Positions 55,987-64,000 of a DNA stretch of 64,000 nt are shown in pieces (position 1 is the stretch's first letter; each line of letters begins with the position of its first letter). The translations under genes and the position numbers were made by a program. The notes under the pieces are model-generated. The model was not told where the DNA came from. It saw only the letters and a list, made by a program, of their open reading frames with translations, and did no database searches. Origin of the DNA: Sedimentisphaerales bacterium. GTDB lineage: Bacteria; Planctomycetota; Phycisphaerae; Sedimentisphaerales; SM23-30. The DNA is taken from the NCBI GenBank assembly GCA_963667715.1, contig OY763926.1, positions 2,654,177-2,718,176 of the forward strand, written 5' to 3'.

Positions 55987-56994
55987 TTAGCATTGACGAG
56001 CAGCGATGATCTTCTTTGCCATATCCATAAGCTGGGCAAAAAGTACATCGGTAAGAGCCTGCGGGCCGTCACATTTGGCACGTTCCGGACAGTTATGAAC
56101 TTCGACCATAAAACCGTCAGCACCAGCAGCAAGGCCAGCAAGAGCCAGGTCGATAACAAAATCACGATGACCAGCGGCATGCGATGGGTCGACAATAACT
56201 GGCAGGTGTGTATTGCGTTTAGCAGCAACAATAGCACCAACATCAAGGTTATATCTAAGTTCTGGTTCAAATCCTGTACTGCCGCGTTCACAAAGGATAA
56301 CATCATGATTACCTTCGCTGAGAATGTATTCAGCACTCATGAGCCATTCCTTAACAGTATTAGCTGAGCCACGCTTGAGCAGAACCGGCTTGCGGATCTT
56401 ACCTACTTCGCTGAGCAATACGAAATTCTGCATATTACGGGCACCAACCTGTACAACGTCTGCATATTTTGCAACCAGCTCAACATTACGAGGGTCCATT
56501 ACCTCAGTAACAATTGGCAGCCCATTCTCATCACCACAGGCACGCAGGATCTTGAGTCCCTCTTCGCCCATGCCCTGAAAACTGTATGGACTGGTACGAG
56601 GCTTGAAAGCACCGCCACGAAGCATATTAGCACCAGCGGCTTTAACAGCCTTGGCAGTAGCGTGACAGTCTTCTTCGATCTCGATAGCACAAGGACCGGC
56701 GATCAGGGCATAATTGCCGCCGCCAACCTTAACGCCAGAAACATCAATAATAGAGTTTTCCTTCTGCAGATCACGACTAGCCATCTTATACGGCTTCATA
56801 ACCGGAACTACCCGCTCTACACAATCAATTGTAGTGAGCAGATCAGGAAGAGTTTCATTCTCTTCACCCATAGCACCAATAATAGTGCGGAACTGGCCCT
56901 GTGAAATATGAGCCTTCAGGCCCAGCTGGTCAAGACGGTCAACAACATGGTCTATTCCAGCCTGTTCAGTACCAGATTTAAGTACAATTAACAT
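55987..56994 (-). CDS. aroF: 3-deoxy-7-phosphoheptulonate (DAHP) synthase, type I-beta with an N-terminal ferredoxin-like regulatory domain
   Basis: 'LIAGPCAIE', 'MLRGGAFKPRTSPYSFQG', 'KRG', 'LCERG' and 'VDPSHA.G.R' are KDSA/AroF-type blocks. A ~70-aa N-terminal ACT/FL-like extension is present. A GGAGGA Shine-Dalgarno sequence lies upstream. Confidence 0.9.
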   Translation of the reverse strand: MLIVLKSGTEQAGIDHVVDRLDQLGLKAHISQGQFRTIIGAMGEENETLPDLLTTIDCVERVVPVMKPYKMASRDLQKENSIIDVSGVKVGGGNYALIAGPCAIEIEEDCHATAKAVKAAGANMLRGGAFKPRTSPYSFQGMGEEGLKILRACGDENGLPIVTEVMDPRNVELVAKYADVVQVGARNMQNFVLLSEVGKIRKPVLLKRGSANTVKEWLMSAEYILSEGNHDVILCERGSTGFEPELRYNLDVGAIVAAKRNTHLPVIVDPSHAAGHRDFVIDLALAGLAAGADGFMVEVHNCPERAKCDGPQALTDVLFAQLMDMAKKIIAARQC

Positions 56995-57128
56995 CTATAT
57001 CCTCCGATTCATTAAAAACATATCATAATCAGGGCCAGCAGGTAATTCCCGCCGTTCCACTGTTATTATTATAGCAAACATTATTATAAAAATATTAAAA
57101 TCAACTTATTACTCATCTGTCGTCAGCG

Positions 57129-58223
57129 TTAAAATACTTCCGGCGAGATCGGGAAGCTGCCCATAACTGAGAAATGAGCACACTGACGCGATGCATGGTC
57201 AATAGCACGCTTGACATTATCATCATCCTTATGACCAAGAGCGTCAGCAAAGAAGTAATATTCTGCTGCATTATTACTGCTGGCATGAGATTTCAGATTT
57301 GTCAGGTTTACATCATTATGCCTGAATGCCTGAAGTACATCTACCAGAGCGCCAGCCTTATCCGGAACACTAAAGATCATAGTCGTCTTATCGTTTCCAG
57401 TTGATTTTGGTGGTGTCCGGCCAATAACGAAGAATCGTGTCACATTATTAGTGCGATCTTCAATATTCTCGACCAGTATCTTCAGCCCGTATATTTCAGA
57501 TGCATGTTTAGAGCCAATAGCAGCAGCACCTTCCTCATTGCGAACCCGCTGGACCGCTGAAGCTGATGACGGCGACTGGACAATATCAACACCCGGCAAA
57601 GTAGAGTTCAGCCAGTTACGACACTGATTGATAACTTCTGGCTTGGAATATACCTTCTTGATCTGATCCATAGGACAGGCTGCCATCAGATTATGATGAA
57701 TAGCCAGATACATTTCCGCACAGATAGTCACGTCGGTATTAACAAGCATATCAATAGTCTCGATAACTCCGCCGGCAATAGTATTTTCAAATGGAACAAG
57801 ACCAAAATCTGTATGGCCGCGTGATACCTCATTGAAAACTGATGCTATATCGGTAAGCGTTTCGTATTCTACGCTTTCTCCAAACTTCAATACTGAAGCC
57901 TGATGAGAGTAGCTGCCCTCTGGGCCCAGACAACCAATACGCAGCGGACGTTCCAAAAAGAACGAACCACTCATAAGCTCACGATATACCGCCATAAGAC
58001 ACTTATCTGGCAATGGGCCGGTATTATTTGCCTTTATCTTATCAAGCACAGCCCTTTCACGGTCTGGTGCATATATTGGCGGAGCGTTCTTTTCTGTACG
58101 TTTATATTTACCAACCTCAACAACGACCTGTGCGCGATCATTTAGCAACTGCACGATCTGCTTGTCGAGCGAATCAATTTTATCTCTAAGTTCTGCCAGT
58201 TTATCCAAACTCAGTCCTTTCAC
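57129..58223 (-). CDS. pheA: Bifunctional chorismate mutase / prephenate dehydratase (P-protein) with C-terminal ACT domain
   Basis: The CM_2 helix is 'LRDKIDSLDKQIVQLLNDRAQVV.EVGKYK'. The PDT blocks are 'IGCLGPEGSYSHQA' and 'GLVPFENTIAGGV'. The ACT block is 'KTTMIFSVPDKAGALVDVL'. Confidence 0.9.
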   Translation of the reverse strand: MKGLSLDKLAELRDKIDSLDKQIVQLLNDRAQVVVEVGKYKRTEKNAPPIYAPDRERAVLDKIKANNTGPLPDKCLMAVYRELMSGSFFLERPLRIGCLGPEGSYSHQASVLKFGESVEYETLTDIASVFNEVSRGHTDFGLVPFENTIAGGVIETIDMLVNTDVTICAEMYLAIHHNLMAACPMDQIKKVYSKPEVINQCRNWLNSTLPGVDIVQSPSSASAVQRVRNEEGAAAIGSKHASEIYGLKILVENIEDRTNNVTRFFVIGRTPPKSTGNDKTTMIFSVPDKAGALVDVLQAFRHNDVNLTNLKSHASSNNAAEYYFFADALGHKDDDNVKRAIDHASRQCAHFSVMGSFPISPEVF

Positions 58224-58541
58224 ATAGAATGATGATCCAAATGTAACCGCCGTACAACAAACAGGCTATGGCTACAATACATTATTTTAAGCTAGAAACC
58301 GGTTTTTTTCAATTCAAAATATCATAACATTATATTACAGAATGAAATACCTGCAATGTAATACTCAACCTTGATAATCATTGAACCAGACCCACTGGCA
58401 GGCCCAAAATCAGTTGCGTATTACGACATAAAAGTCAGATTTCAACAGGCGTCAATCCCTACAACCCGACAAATTACTTGAAAAAGAGTACGAATTATGT
58501 TAGAAGTAAGCTAACAACAATTGTTTCAGGAGACAGAACAA

Positions 58542-60902
58542 ATGAAAAATAATGGATTATTACTCGCCCTGTTGTTCCTTGTATTCACTTTACCAGCAAT
58601 AACTTATGCACAGGAAGCAGCAGCTCCGCAACCTATAAAAGCCAGCTGCTACTACCCTGATCTGGAACCAAAACAGCTATTCCAGATGCTCTCTGAGACC
58701 TATCATGTCCAGTTTGACGGCATAGAACTGGTCTCCGGCCCGGTCACTCTTATAAGCCGTGAAAAAGTTGACGTTAACGGAATGATAGTTCTTCTCAATG
58801 AAGTCTTGCTGAAACAGAACCGAAAAGCAATACTGAACGGCCAGATAATAATGATCACCCAGATCCAGGATATAGATCAGGTTATCAAACTGAGCTATCT
58901 AAAGCCTGACGAGACGGTATCTATCCTGAAAAAGCGTTTTATGCCACCCGGACAAGAGGGTGATAATAAGAATAAGAAACCCAGTATGATCGAACCGCAC
59001 CCAAATGGCGACTCGATCATTGTTCGCGGCCCTGAAAAGGTTATCAAAGAGATTCAGTCATATCTGGCTGAGATCGACCTGCCGGTAGCTGGTGCAGGCA
59101 CTAAACCCGCCCAGACCAAGCCTACTATAACTCCAACTATCCCTACCAGTGATGTCGCTGGTCTGCTAAAGAGTAATATCCCTGAAATAGTTATTCGCAG
59201 TATCGACCTTAACAACCCGGTAACCGATGAAATATTAGACTATCTGAAGGAAGTATACCTGGTATCTCCAAATGCATCAGCTGAAGAGCGTGCCAGAAAA
59301 GTATATAATATCCATAAACACCCGAAACTGAGAAAGATCGTTGTTGAAGGCCCGGATTATGTTATTGACGAAATGGAAAGGGTTATCAAAGAAGAGCTGG
59401 ACGTTGCCCCCCCAGGCCCGCCAGTTATGCAGCGATATATCACCCTGAACTATATCAGCGTCGAGTCATTCCAGGCACTGATGGAAAACAACCCAACGCT
59501 AAAAGGTAAATACACCGCCACAGAAGAAAGAAATAATGTTATCGTTGTAGACACTCAGGATGAGACTATTTTCCCGGTAATAGAAGATCTTAAAAAGAAA
59601 TTTGATATTGATAAAAAAGAACTGCGTTTTATCCCTCTGTCATATGCCAATGCAGATGATGTAACCAATCTGCTTAACCAGATATATAAGTCGGCTCCGC
59701 CGGAAACTCCACAGGAGTTGATCGAAGCCCAGGCTGATGGTGCCGAAAACAGCGACCTTACAACCGAAAAGATCAAACAGAGAATCTCCAAAGTTGGTAT
59801 AAACGATGCTAGTTTTGCCGAGCGTATAAGTCAATCACTGGCACTGGTAAATCAAAGTGAATACACGATTGTATCTGATAAGGTACGTAACGCGCTGATA
59901 GTATATACTTTTTCACGTAACTTCCCTAAGATCATGCAGATGATCGCCCAACTGGACGTTGCCCAGCAAATGGTATACATCGAAGTATTTATTACTCAGG
60001 TAAACAAAAGTAACAATAAAGAAAGCGGAGTACAGTGGGATTACGCTAACCAATATGAACGTGATGGCCATATTGGCAGCTATACTGCAACCAGTCGTTT
60101 TAACGACTTTGACAGTATCCCAGGTTTGTCATACGAAGTACTCGACCATGACTTTAAAATGAGCCTGAAAGCTATGGTAACCTCTGGTAATATTGACGTT
60201 ATTTCTAGACCACATCTGGTAACCAAGAACAATATCTGGGGTGAAATATCGCTCGGTAACAAAGTGCCGCAGCTGGAAAGCCTTGAAACCAGATATGACC
60301 AGGCATATATAAGCAGGGTAAAATATGATGATGTAACCACAAAACTGCGAGTTAAGCCTCAGATCCATCCAGATAAGTTCATTTCTCTGGAAATTGAACA
60401 GACCGTTGACGATATAAGTACCGAGACATTCCAGATCACACAGGACTTTAATCCTCAGATCATAAATAAACGTGAAGCAAAGGTTAACCTGCGAATTAAA
60501 AATGGTCAGACTGTATGTTTAGCTGGCTTCACTGGCGACAAGATAAATGAGATGGAAGACAAGGTTCCATTATTGGGTGATATCCCACTGGTAGGCCTGC
60601 TGTTCAAACACTCATATAAAAAACGTGAAAAGGTTGAGATGATCATCTTCCTGACACCACATATCCTTGACACACCGGAAGATTCGCTGAGGATGACCAA
60701 CGACCTGAGAAGCCGTTCCAAGAGCGAAAAAAGAGATGACAGACTTATGGAAACCCTGCAGCCGCAGGATTATCTGGTAGATCCGAAGTATTCTATTGAT
60801 CCAGAAACACCAGATACAGATGAGTTCAACACCAATACTGTCATTGACGAAGACAAGATTATATTAGAAGTACCAGTAACACCAGATACAGAAGAAAAAT
60901 AA
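58542..60902 (+). CDS. Secretin (GspD/PilQ-family outer-membrane channel)
   Basis: The signal peptide starts from ATG 58542, with AGGAG 8 nt upstream. The C-terminal secretin core is 'ISRPHLVTKNNIWGEISLGNKVP ... DKVPLLGDIPLVGLLFKHSYKKREKVEMIIFLTPHIL'. Several N-domain-like repeats are separated by a P/T-rich linker. Confidence 0.85.
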   Translation: MKNNGLLLALLFLVFTLPAITYAQEAAAPQPIKASCYYPDLEPKQLFQMLSETYHVQFDGIELVSGPVTLISREKVDVNGMIVLLNEVLLKQNRKAILNGQIIMITQIQDIDQVIKLSYLKPDETVSILKKRFMPPGQEGDNKNKKPSMIEPHPNGDSIIVRGPEKVIKEIQSYLAEIDLPVAGAGTKPAQTKPTITPTIPTSDVAGLLKSNIPEIVIRSIDLNNPVTDEILDYLKEVYLVSPNASAEERARKVYNIHKHPKLRKIVVEGPDYVIDEMERVIKEELDVAPPGPPVMQRYITLNYISVESFQALMENNPTLKGKYTATEERNNVIVVDTQDETIFPVIEDLKKKFDIDKKELRFIPLSYANADDVTNLLNQIYKSAPPETPQELIEAQADGAENSDLTTEKIKQRISKVGINDASFAERISQSLALVNQSEYTIVSDKVRNALIVYTFSRNFPKIMQMIAQLDVAQQMVYIEVFITQVNKSNNKESGVQWDYANQYERDGHIGSYTATSRFNDFDSIPGLSYEVLDHDFKMSLKAMVTSGNIDVISRPHLVTKNNIWGEISLGNKVPQLESLETRYDQAYISRVKYDDVTTKLRVKPQIHPDKFISLEIEQTVDDISTETFQITQDFNPQIINKREAKVNLRIKNGQTVCLAGFTGDKINEMEDKVPLLGDIPLVGLLFKHSYKKREKVEMIIFLTPHILDTPEDSLRMTNDLRSRSKSEKRDDRLMETLQPQDYLVDPKYSIDPETPDTDEFNTNTVIDEDKIILEVPVTPDTEEK

Positions 60903-60905
60903 TAC

Positions 60906-61841
60906 ATGGTTCGTCAGGCTACTAATAATAAGCCCCAAAATTCAACTAGCAGTTGGCTGTTATCAATAGTACTACACGTACTGGTGATAACAGCACTGCT
61001 GATAACGACCAGTAAGACCATAAGTAACCAGCTGGAAGATGCTCCACCGGCGAAGATCGGCAGTAGTCTGGATGATATTCAGCTGCAAGAAGATCAAGAG
61101 CTGGAAGAACTTTCCCTGCCACAGGCTCCTGCCTATAGCAGCAATATCATGCCCCAGCAAGACCTCTCGGGTATGAGCTTATCTTCGATCAAACCTATAA
61201 CTGCGGTCCAAAACCACAACAGCCTTAAAAATAGCTCGAGTCTGCCCTCTAGTGCCGCTACAACCAAAAGTATATTCTTTGGCACTTCCGGCGAAGGTGA
61301 ACGAATATGCTATATCGTCGACATATCCGGCAGTATGATCATGGCTATTGACTATATCAAAGCTGAGCTTATAAAGTCGGTTTCCAGACTAACGCCAGAG
61401 AAGTATTTCCAGATCATTTTTTATGCCAATGAAGAACCGTTAATATTCTCACCAGAAGCCTTAACCCGGGCATCTTATCATAACCGTAAAAAGGCAGCAG
61501 AGTTCATAAATGCCATAGATGTTCAGCCGGTAACACCGGGAACTGAATCATGGCGACCGGTACTAAAGTCATTAAGATGCTGTTTCGATTCTGTAACATT
61601 TGACCGGAAAAGCCCAAATCTGATATACCTGTTCACTGACGGTGATTTTGAATATACTATAATCAATCCTGCCCTATCTGCCATGCAGAAAAGCCGTAAA
61701 GATCCGGCGATAATAAATGTCCTGCTATGCGGAAGTATGGATAATGAACGATACCTTATCCAACTAGCCGAGAGCTATCGCGGCGAATATAAATTCATGA
61801 CAGACGACCAGCTGGTTAATCCAACTATAAATAATAAATAG
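60906..61841 (+). CDS. Membrane-anchored von Willebrand factor A (VWA) domain protein
   Basis: N-terminal TM 'WLLSIVLHVLVITALLITT', a Ser-rich linker, and the VWA MIDAS motif 'YIVDISGSM' with 'IYLFTDGD'. It starts 3 nt after the secretin stop. Confidence 0.75.
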   Translation: MVRQATNNKPQNSTSSWLLSIVLHVLVITALLITTSKTISNQLEDAPPAKIGSSLDDIQLQEDQELEELSLPQAPAYSSNIMPQQDLSGMSLSSIKPITAVQNHNSLKNSSSLPSSAATTKSIFFGTSGEGERICYIVDISGSMIMAIDYIKAELIKSVSRLTPEKYFQIIFYANEEPLIFSPEALTRASYHNRKKAAEFINAIDVQPVTPGTESWRPVLKSLRCCFDSVTFDRKSPNLIYLFTDGDFEYTIINPALSAMQKSRKDPAIINVLLCGSMDNERYLIQLAESYRGEYKFMTDDQLVNPTINNK

Positions 61842-61865
61842 GGAATTAACAGCTGATAATAGCTT

Positions 61866-62498
61866 CTATTTTGCACCCCGTGCGATCAGAAGTTCACGCA
61901 TTTGCTTACTGCGTGCTCCCCCGAACACACTCTTGTCATAGCTGGCCCTGGTGTTTATATCTGCCCCATGATCAAGCAAGAACTCCACCATCTCGACCCT
62001 GTCATTACAAACGGCAACCATAAGCGGCGTCGCTTCATCTATTCCAATATGTTCTATATCAGCATTATGGTCGAGCAAAATCTCAGCAGCCTTTACATTT
62101 CCATAATAAGCTGCGAAAGATAAAGCCGAATGATACCCCTTGAAAGGCTCGATCTTAGCGCCATTATCAAGCAGCAGCTGCAAGATGCGCTCCTGACCGG
62201 GATATGCCGCACAACCAACTGGTGTATACCACGCTTCACCCTTCTCGTCAATATCGGCGCCAAGCTCTATCAGAAGCTTTACCGCATCATACTGGCCGCT
62301 ATTAACTGCTAGGATCAGAGGTGTATCAACAGACCATGTGAGATTGAACCGCTCTTTCGCATCCAAATTTCCTCCCCAACTGGCATAACGCCTGATAGCC
62401 TGCAGATCACCCTTGCGAGCCGCATCATGTATACCAACACAACCATTAACGGCTAACATAAAAGGAATCACTAAAACTAGAAGTAATAAACGGCACAT
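61866..62498 (-). CDS. Exported ankyrin-repeat protein
   Basis: It has a signal peptide with a possible lipobox-like 'AVNGC'. There are four to five ANK repeats ('TPLILAVNSGQYDAVKLLIELGADID', 'SALSFAAYYGNVKAAEILLDHNADIE', 'TPLMVAVCNDRVEMVEFLLDHGADIN'). Confidence 0.85.
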   Translation of the reverse strand: MCRLLLLVLVIPFMLAVNGCVGIHDAARKGDLQAIRRYASWGGNLDAKERFNLTWSVDTPLILAVNSGQYDAVKLLIELGADIDEKGEAWYTPVGCAAYPGQERILQLLLDNGAKIEPFKGYHSALSFAAYYGNVKAAEILLDHNADIEHIGIDEATPLMVAVCNDRVEMVEFLLDHGADINTRASYDKSVFGGARSKQMRELLIARGAK

Positions 62499-62905
62499 AA
62501 CACCTCCCTATTGTAGAACAATAAAATTATTTCAACAACTCAATAACATAGCCTCATACTAAAACATTATTCATGCATGTCAATACTAAACATATATAAA
62601 ACATATCAACCACAACGCAAATAGGTTAAGTGTATGTAGAATTAACAATTACAAGCATAAAACACATAAATATACAATAATAAGAATGGTATGTAAGCCA
62701 TGATATTTTAGTAATTAAAAACAAGTGGACTATTATGAAATAAAATGTACACATTTTGGTTTAAATGACATTGATAAAGGTCATTTTAAACTGGAAATAA
62801 TAGTATTCTTATGTAATATTAACATTCTACATTACATCCTGTAAGCAAATTGCCTATATTAACACCACGGCAAGCAAAAAGAACCCCCAATTAAGGAAAA
62901 GCTTA

Positions 62906-64000
62906 ATGGACATTAAACTTTTATTTGAAATCATCTTTAACGTAATCGGCGGTCTTGGTATATTTCTGATCGGAATGAAGAATATGTCAGAAGGTATGCA
63001 GACCGTAGCGGGCAATAAGATCCGCAAGATGATCAATGCCGTAACGAATAACCGCGTTATGGGCTGTGGTGTTGGAACAACGATCACCTCGATCGTACAG
63101 TCCAGCTCAGTTACTACAGTAATGGTAGTTGGTATGGTAAACGCTGGCCTAATGACACTAATACAGGCGATTAGTGTGATAATGGGTGCCAATATCGGTA
63201 CAACCATCACAGCCTGGATCATCGGTCTGCCGATCGGCAAATGGGGCTTACCGATCCTGGGTTTCTCAGCTTTGTTCTTCCTTTTCAGTAAGAATGACAA
63301 GTTGAAATTCTGGGCGACTTTCTTTGTCGGTCTGGGTATGGTATTCTTCGGTTTAGAACTCATGTCAGGCGGATTTAAGCCATTGCGTTCTCTGCCTGAG
63401 TTCAGCCAGTGGTTCCACGCTTTCTCTCCATCTTACCTTGATGCTGAAGGCATAAGCCACATCAGCTACTTTGGAGTATGGAAGTGTGTGCTGGTAGGTG
63501 CTATATTAACTGCTATTGTACAGTCATCATCAGCAACTATCGGTATTACTATGGCACTTGGTATTCAGGGGACTATTGACTACCCTACCGCTGCGGCCCT
63601 GATCATGGGTGAAAATATCGGTACAACCATCACTGCTATTCTGGCCTCGATCGGTGCTGGAACCAATGCTCGCCGTGCATCACTGGCGCATGTATTTATC
63701 AATATTTTTGGTGTACTGTGGATAACATCTATATTTAGTATGTATATCAGCGTTGTAACTGATATTTGTAACTGGTTCATCGGTGGCGACTGTTTGGCTG
63801 CTGTTACTGATGATGCAGGGATTAGCTACCCAGGACTTGCCAAACTCATACCGGCAACACATTCAGGTTTCAATATTATCAACACGATCATATTGCTGCC
63901 GTTCACTACTATGCTGGCTAAGTTTTTAACCAGGATCGTACCAGATAAGAAGGTAGCTGAAGTACCGCACCTGACATATATCGACGTTAGAATGCTCGAG
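62906..64000 (+). CDS. Na/Pi cotransporter family protein (NptA/YjbB-like), 3'-truncated by the window edge
   Basis: This gene is not in the ORF track because it has no stop within the window. My translation from ATG 62906 (AAGGA upstream) is open for 365 codons to base 64000: 'MDIKLLFEIIFNVIGGLGIFLIGMKNMSEGMQ ... SIVQSSSVTTVMVVGMVNAG ... IMGANIGTTITAWI ... AIVQSSSATIGITMAL ... IMGENIGTTITAIL'. This is the duplicated Na_Pi_cotrans signature. Confidence 0.85.
   Translation, partial: MDIKLLFEIIFNVIGGLGIFLIGMKNMSEGMQTVAGNKIRKMINAVTNNRVMGCGVGTTITSIVQSSSVTTVMVVGMVNAGLMTLIQAISVIMGANIGTTITAWIIGLPIGKWGLPILGFSALFFLFSKNDKLKFWATFFVGLGMVFFGLELMSGGFKPLRSLPEFSQWFHAFSPSYLDAEGISHISYFGVWKCVLVGAILTAIVQSSSATIGITMALGIQGTIDYPTAAALIMGENIGTTITAILASIGAGTNARRASLAHVFINIFGVLWITSIFSMYISVVTDICNWFIGGDCLAAVTDDAGISYPGLAKLIPATHSGFNIINTIILLPFTTMLAKFLTRIVPDKKVAEVPHLTYIDVRMLE

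Noticed and set aside
58224-58520. Possible Phe-leader attenuator or T-box upstream of pheA.
   Set aside because: There is no Phe-rich leader ORF and no T-box-like conserved sequence. The only structure is a short self-complementary AAACCGGTTT followed by a T-run on the opposite (plus) strand.
62854-63862. Minus-strand ORFs 62854-63363, 63580-63780 and 63680-63862.
   Set aside because: They are shadow frames of the + strand Na/Pi cotransporter gene, which has strong family motifs and is open to the window edge.
1-64000. CRISPR arrays, tRNA/rRNA/tmRNA genes, transposases, integrases, and prophage or toxin-antitoxin modules.
   Set aside because: I saw no regularly spaced direct repeats, no GGTTCGAATCC-type T-arm with cloverleaf context, no DDE/tyrosine-recombinase motifs and no terminal inverted repeats. 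This was a visual scan only, so small or degenerate elements could be missed. tRNAscan-SE, Infernal and ISEScan would settle it.

Overview
64-kb chromosomal window of roughly 40% GC (judged by eye). It looks like a PVC-superphylum bacterium (Planctomycetota/Phycisphaerae-like or Lentisphaerota/Kiritimatiellota-like). The hallmarks are a prepilin-type 'GFTLLELLVV' + DUF1559-like protein, PEP-CTERM anchors, dockerin-like Ca-binding repeats, LamG-rich secreted proteins and an ECF sigma/FecR pair. I call about 53 protein-coding genes, densely packed on both strands. Housekeeping genes are dnaG-rpoD, rnpA-yidD, smpB, pheA-aroF (DAHP synthase) and a stand-alone coaB. Accessory content includes: a membrane redox trio (1-3273); an AraC-flavodoxin-cupin-alcohol dehydrogenase block; a corrinoid methyltransferase cluster (URO-D/MtaA-like enzyme fused to thioredoxin-like domains, a CobW-type GTPase, a corrinoid protein); a 1079-aa secreted C-type-lectin/LRR/dockerin/LamG protein next to an ECF sigma and a FecR-LamG anti-sigma; GH43/SGNH/MFS/CstA scavenging genes; an M16 peptidase; an RsbW/2xSTAS partner-switching module co-oriented with cell-envelope enzymes; a PotD-like binding protein with a hybrid histidine kinase and a CheY-like regulator; and an orphan secretin with VWA and ankyrin neighbours. 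I recognised no rRNA, tRNA, CRISPR array, transposase or integrase. The best candidate for something new is at 25.8-29.8 kb. A clear cobalamin riboswitch, with its own promoter and terminator, precedes an operon that has no known B12 transport or biosynthesis gene. The operon encodes two PEP-CTERM-anchored secreted proteins (one with a transcobalamin-like/DUF4430-like sequence pattern), a dockerin-tailed paralog and a translationally coupled pseudopilin. I propose it as an undescribed cell-surface corrinoid-capture system. All family assignments come from motif reading by eye and need HMM or structure confirmation.
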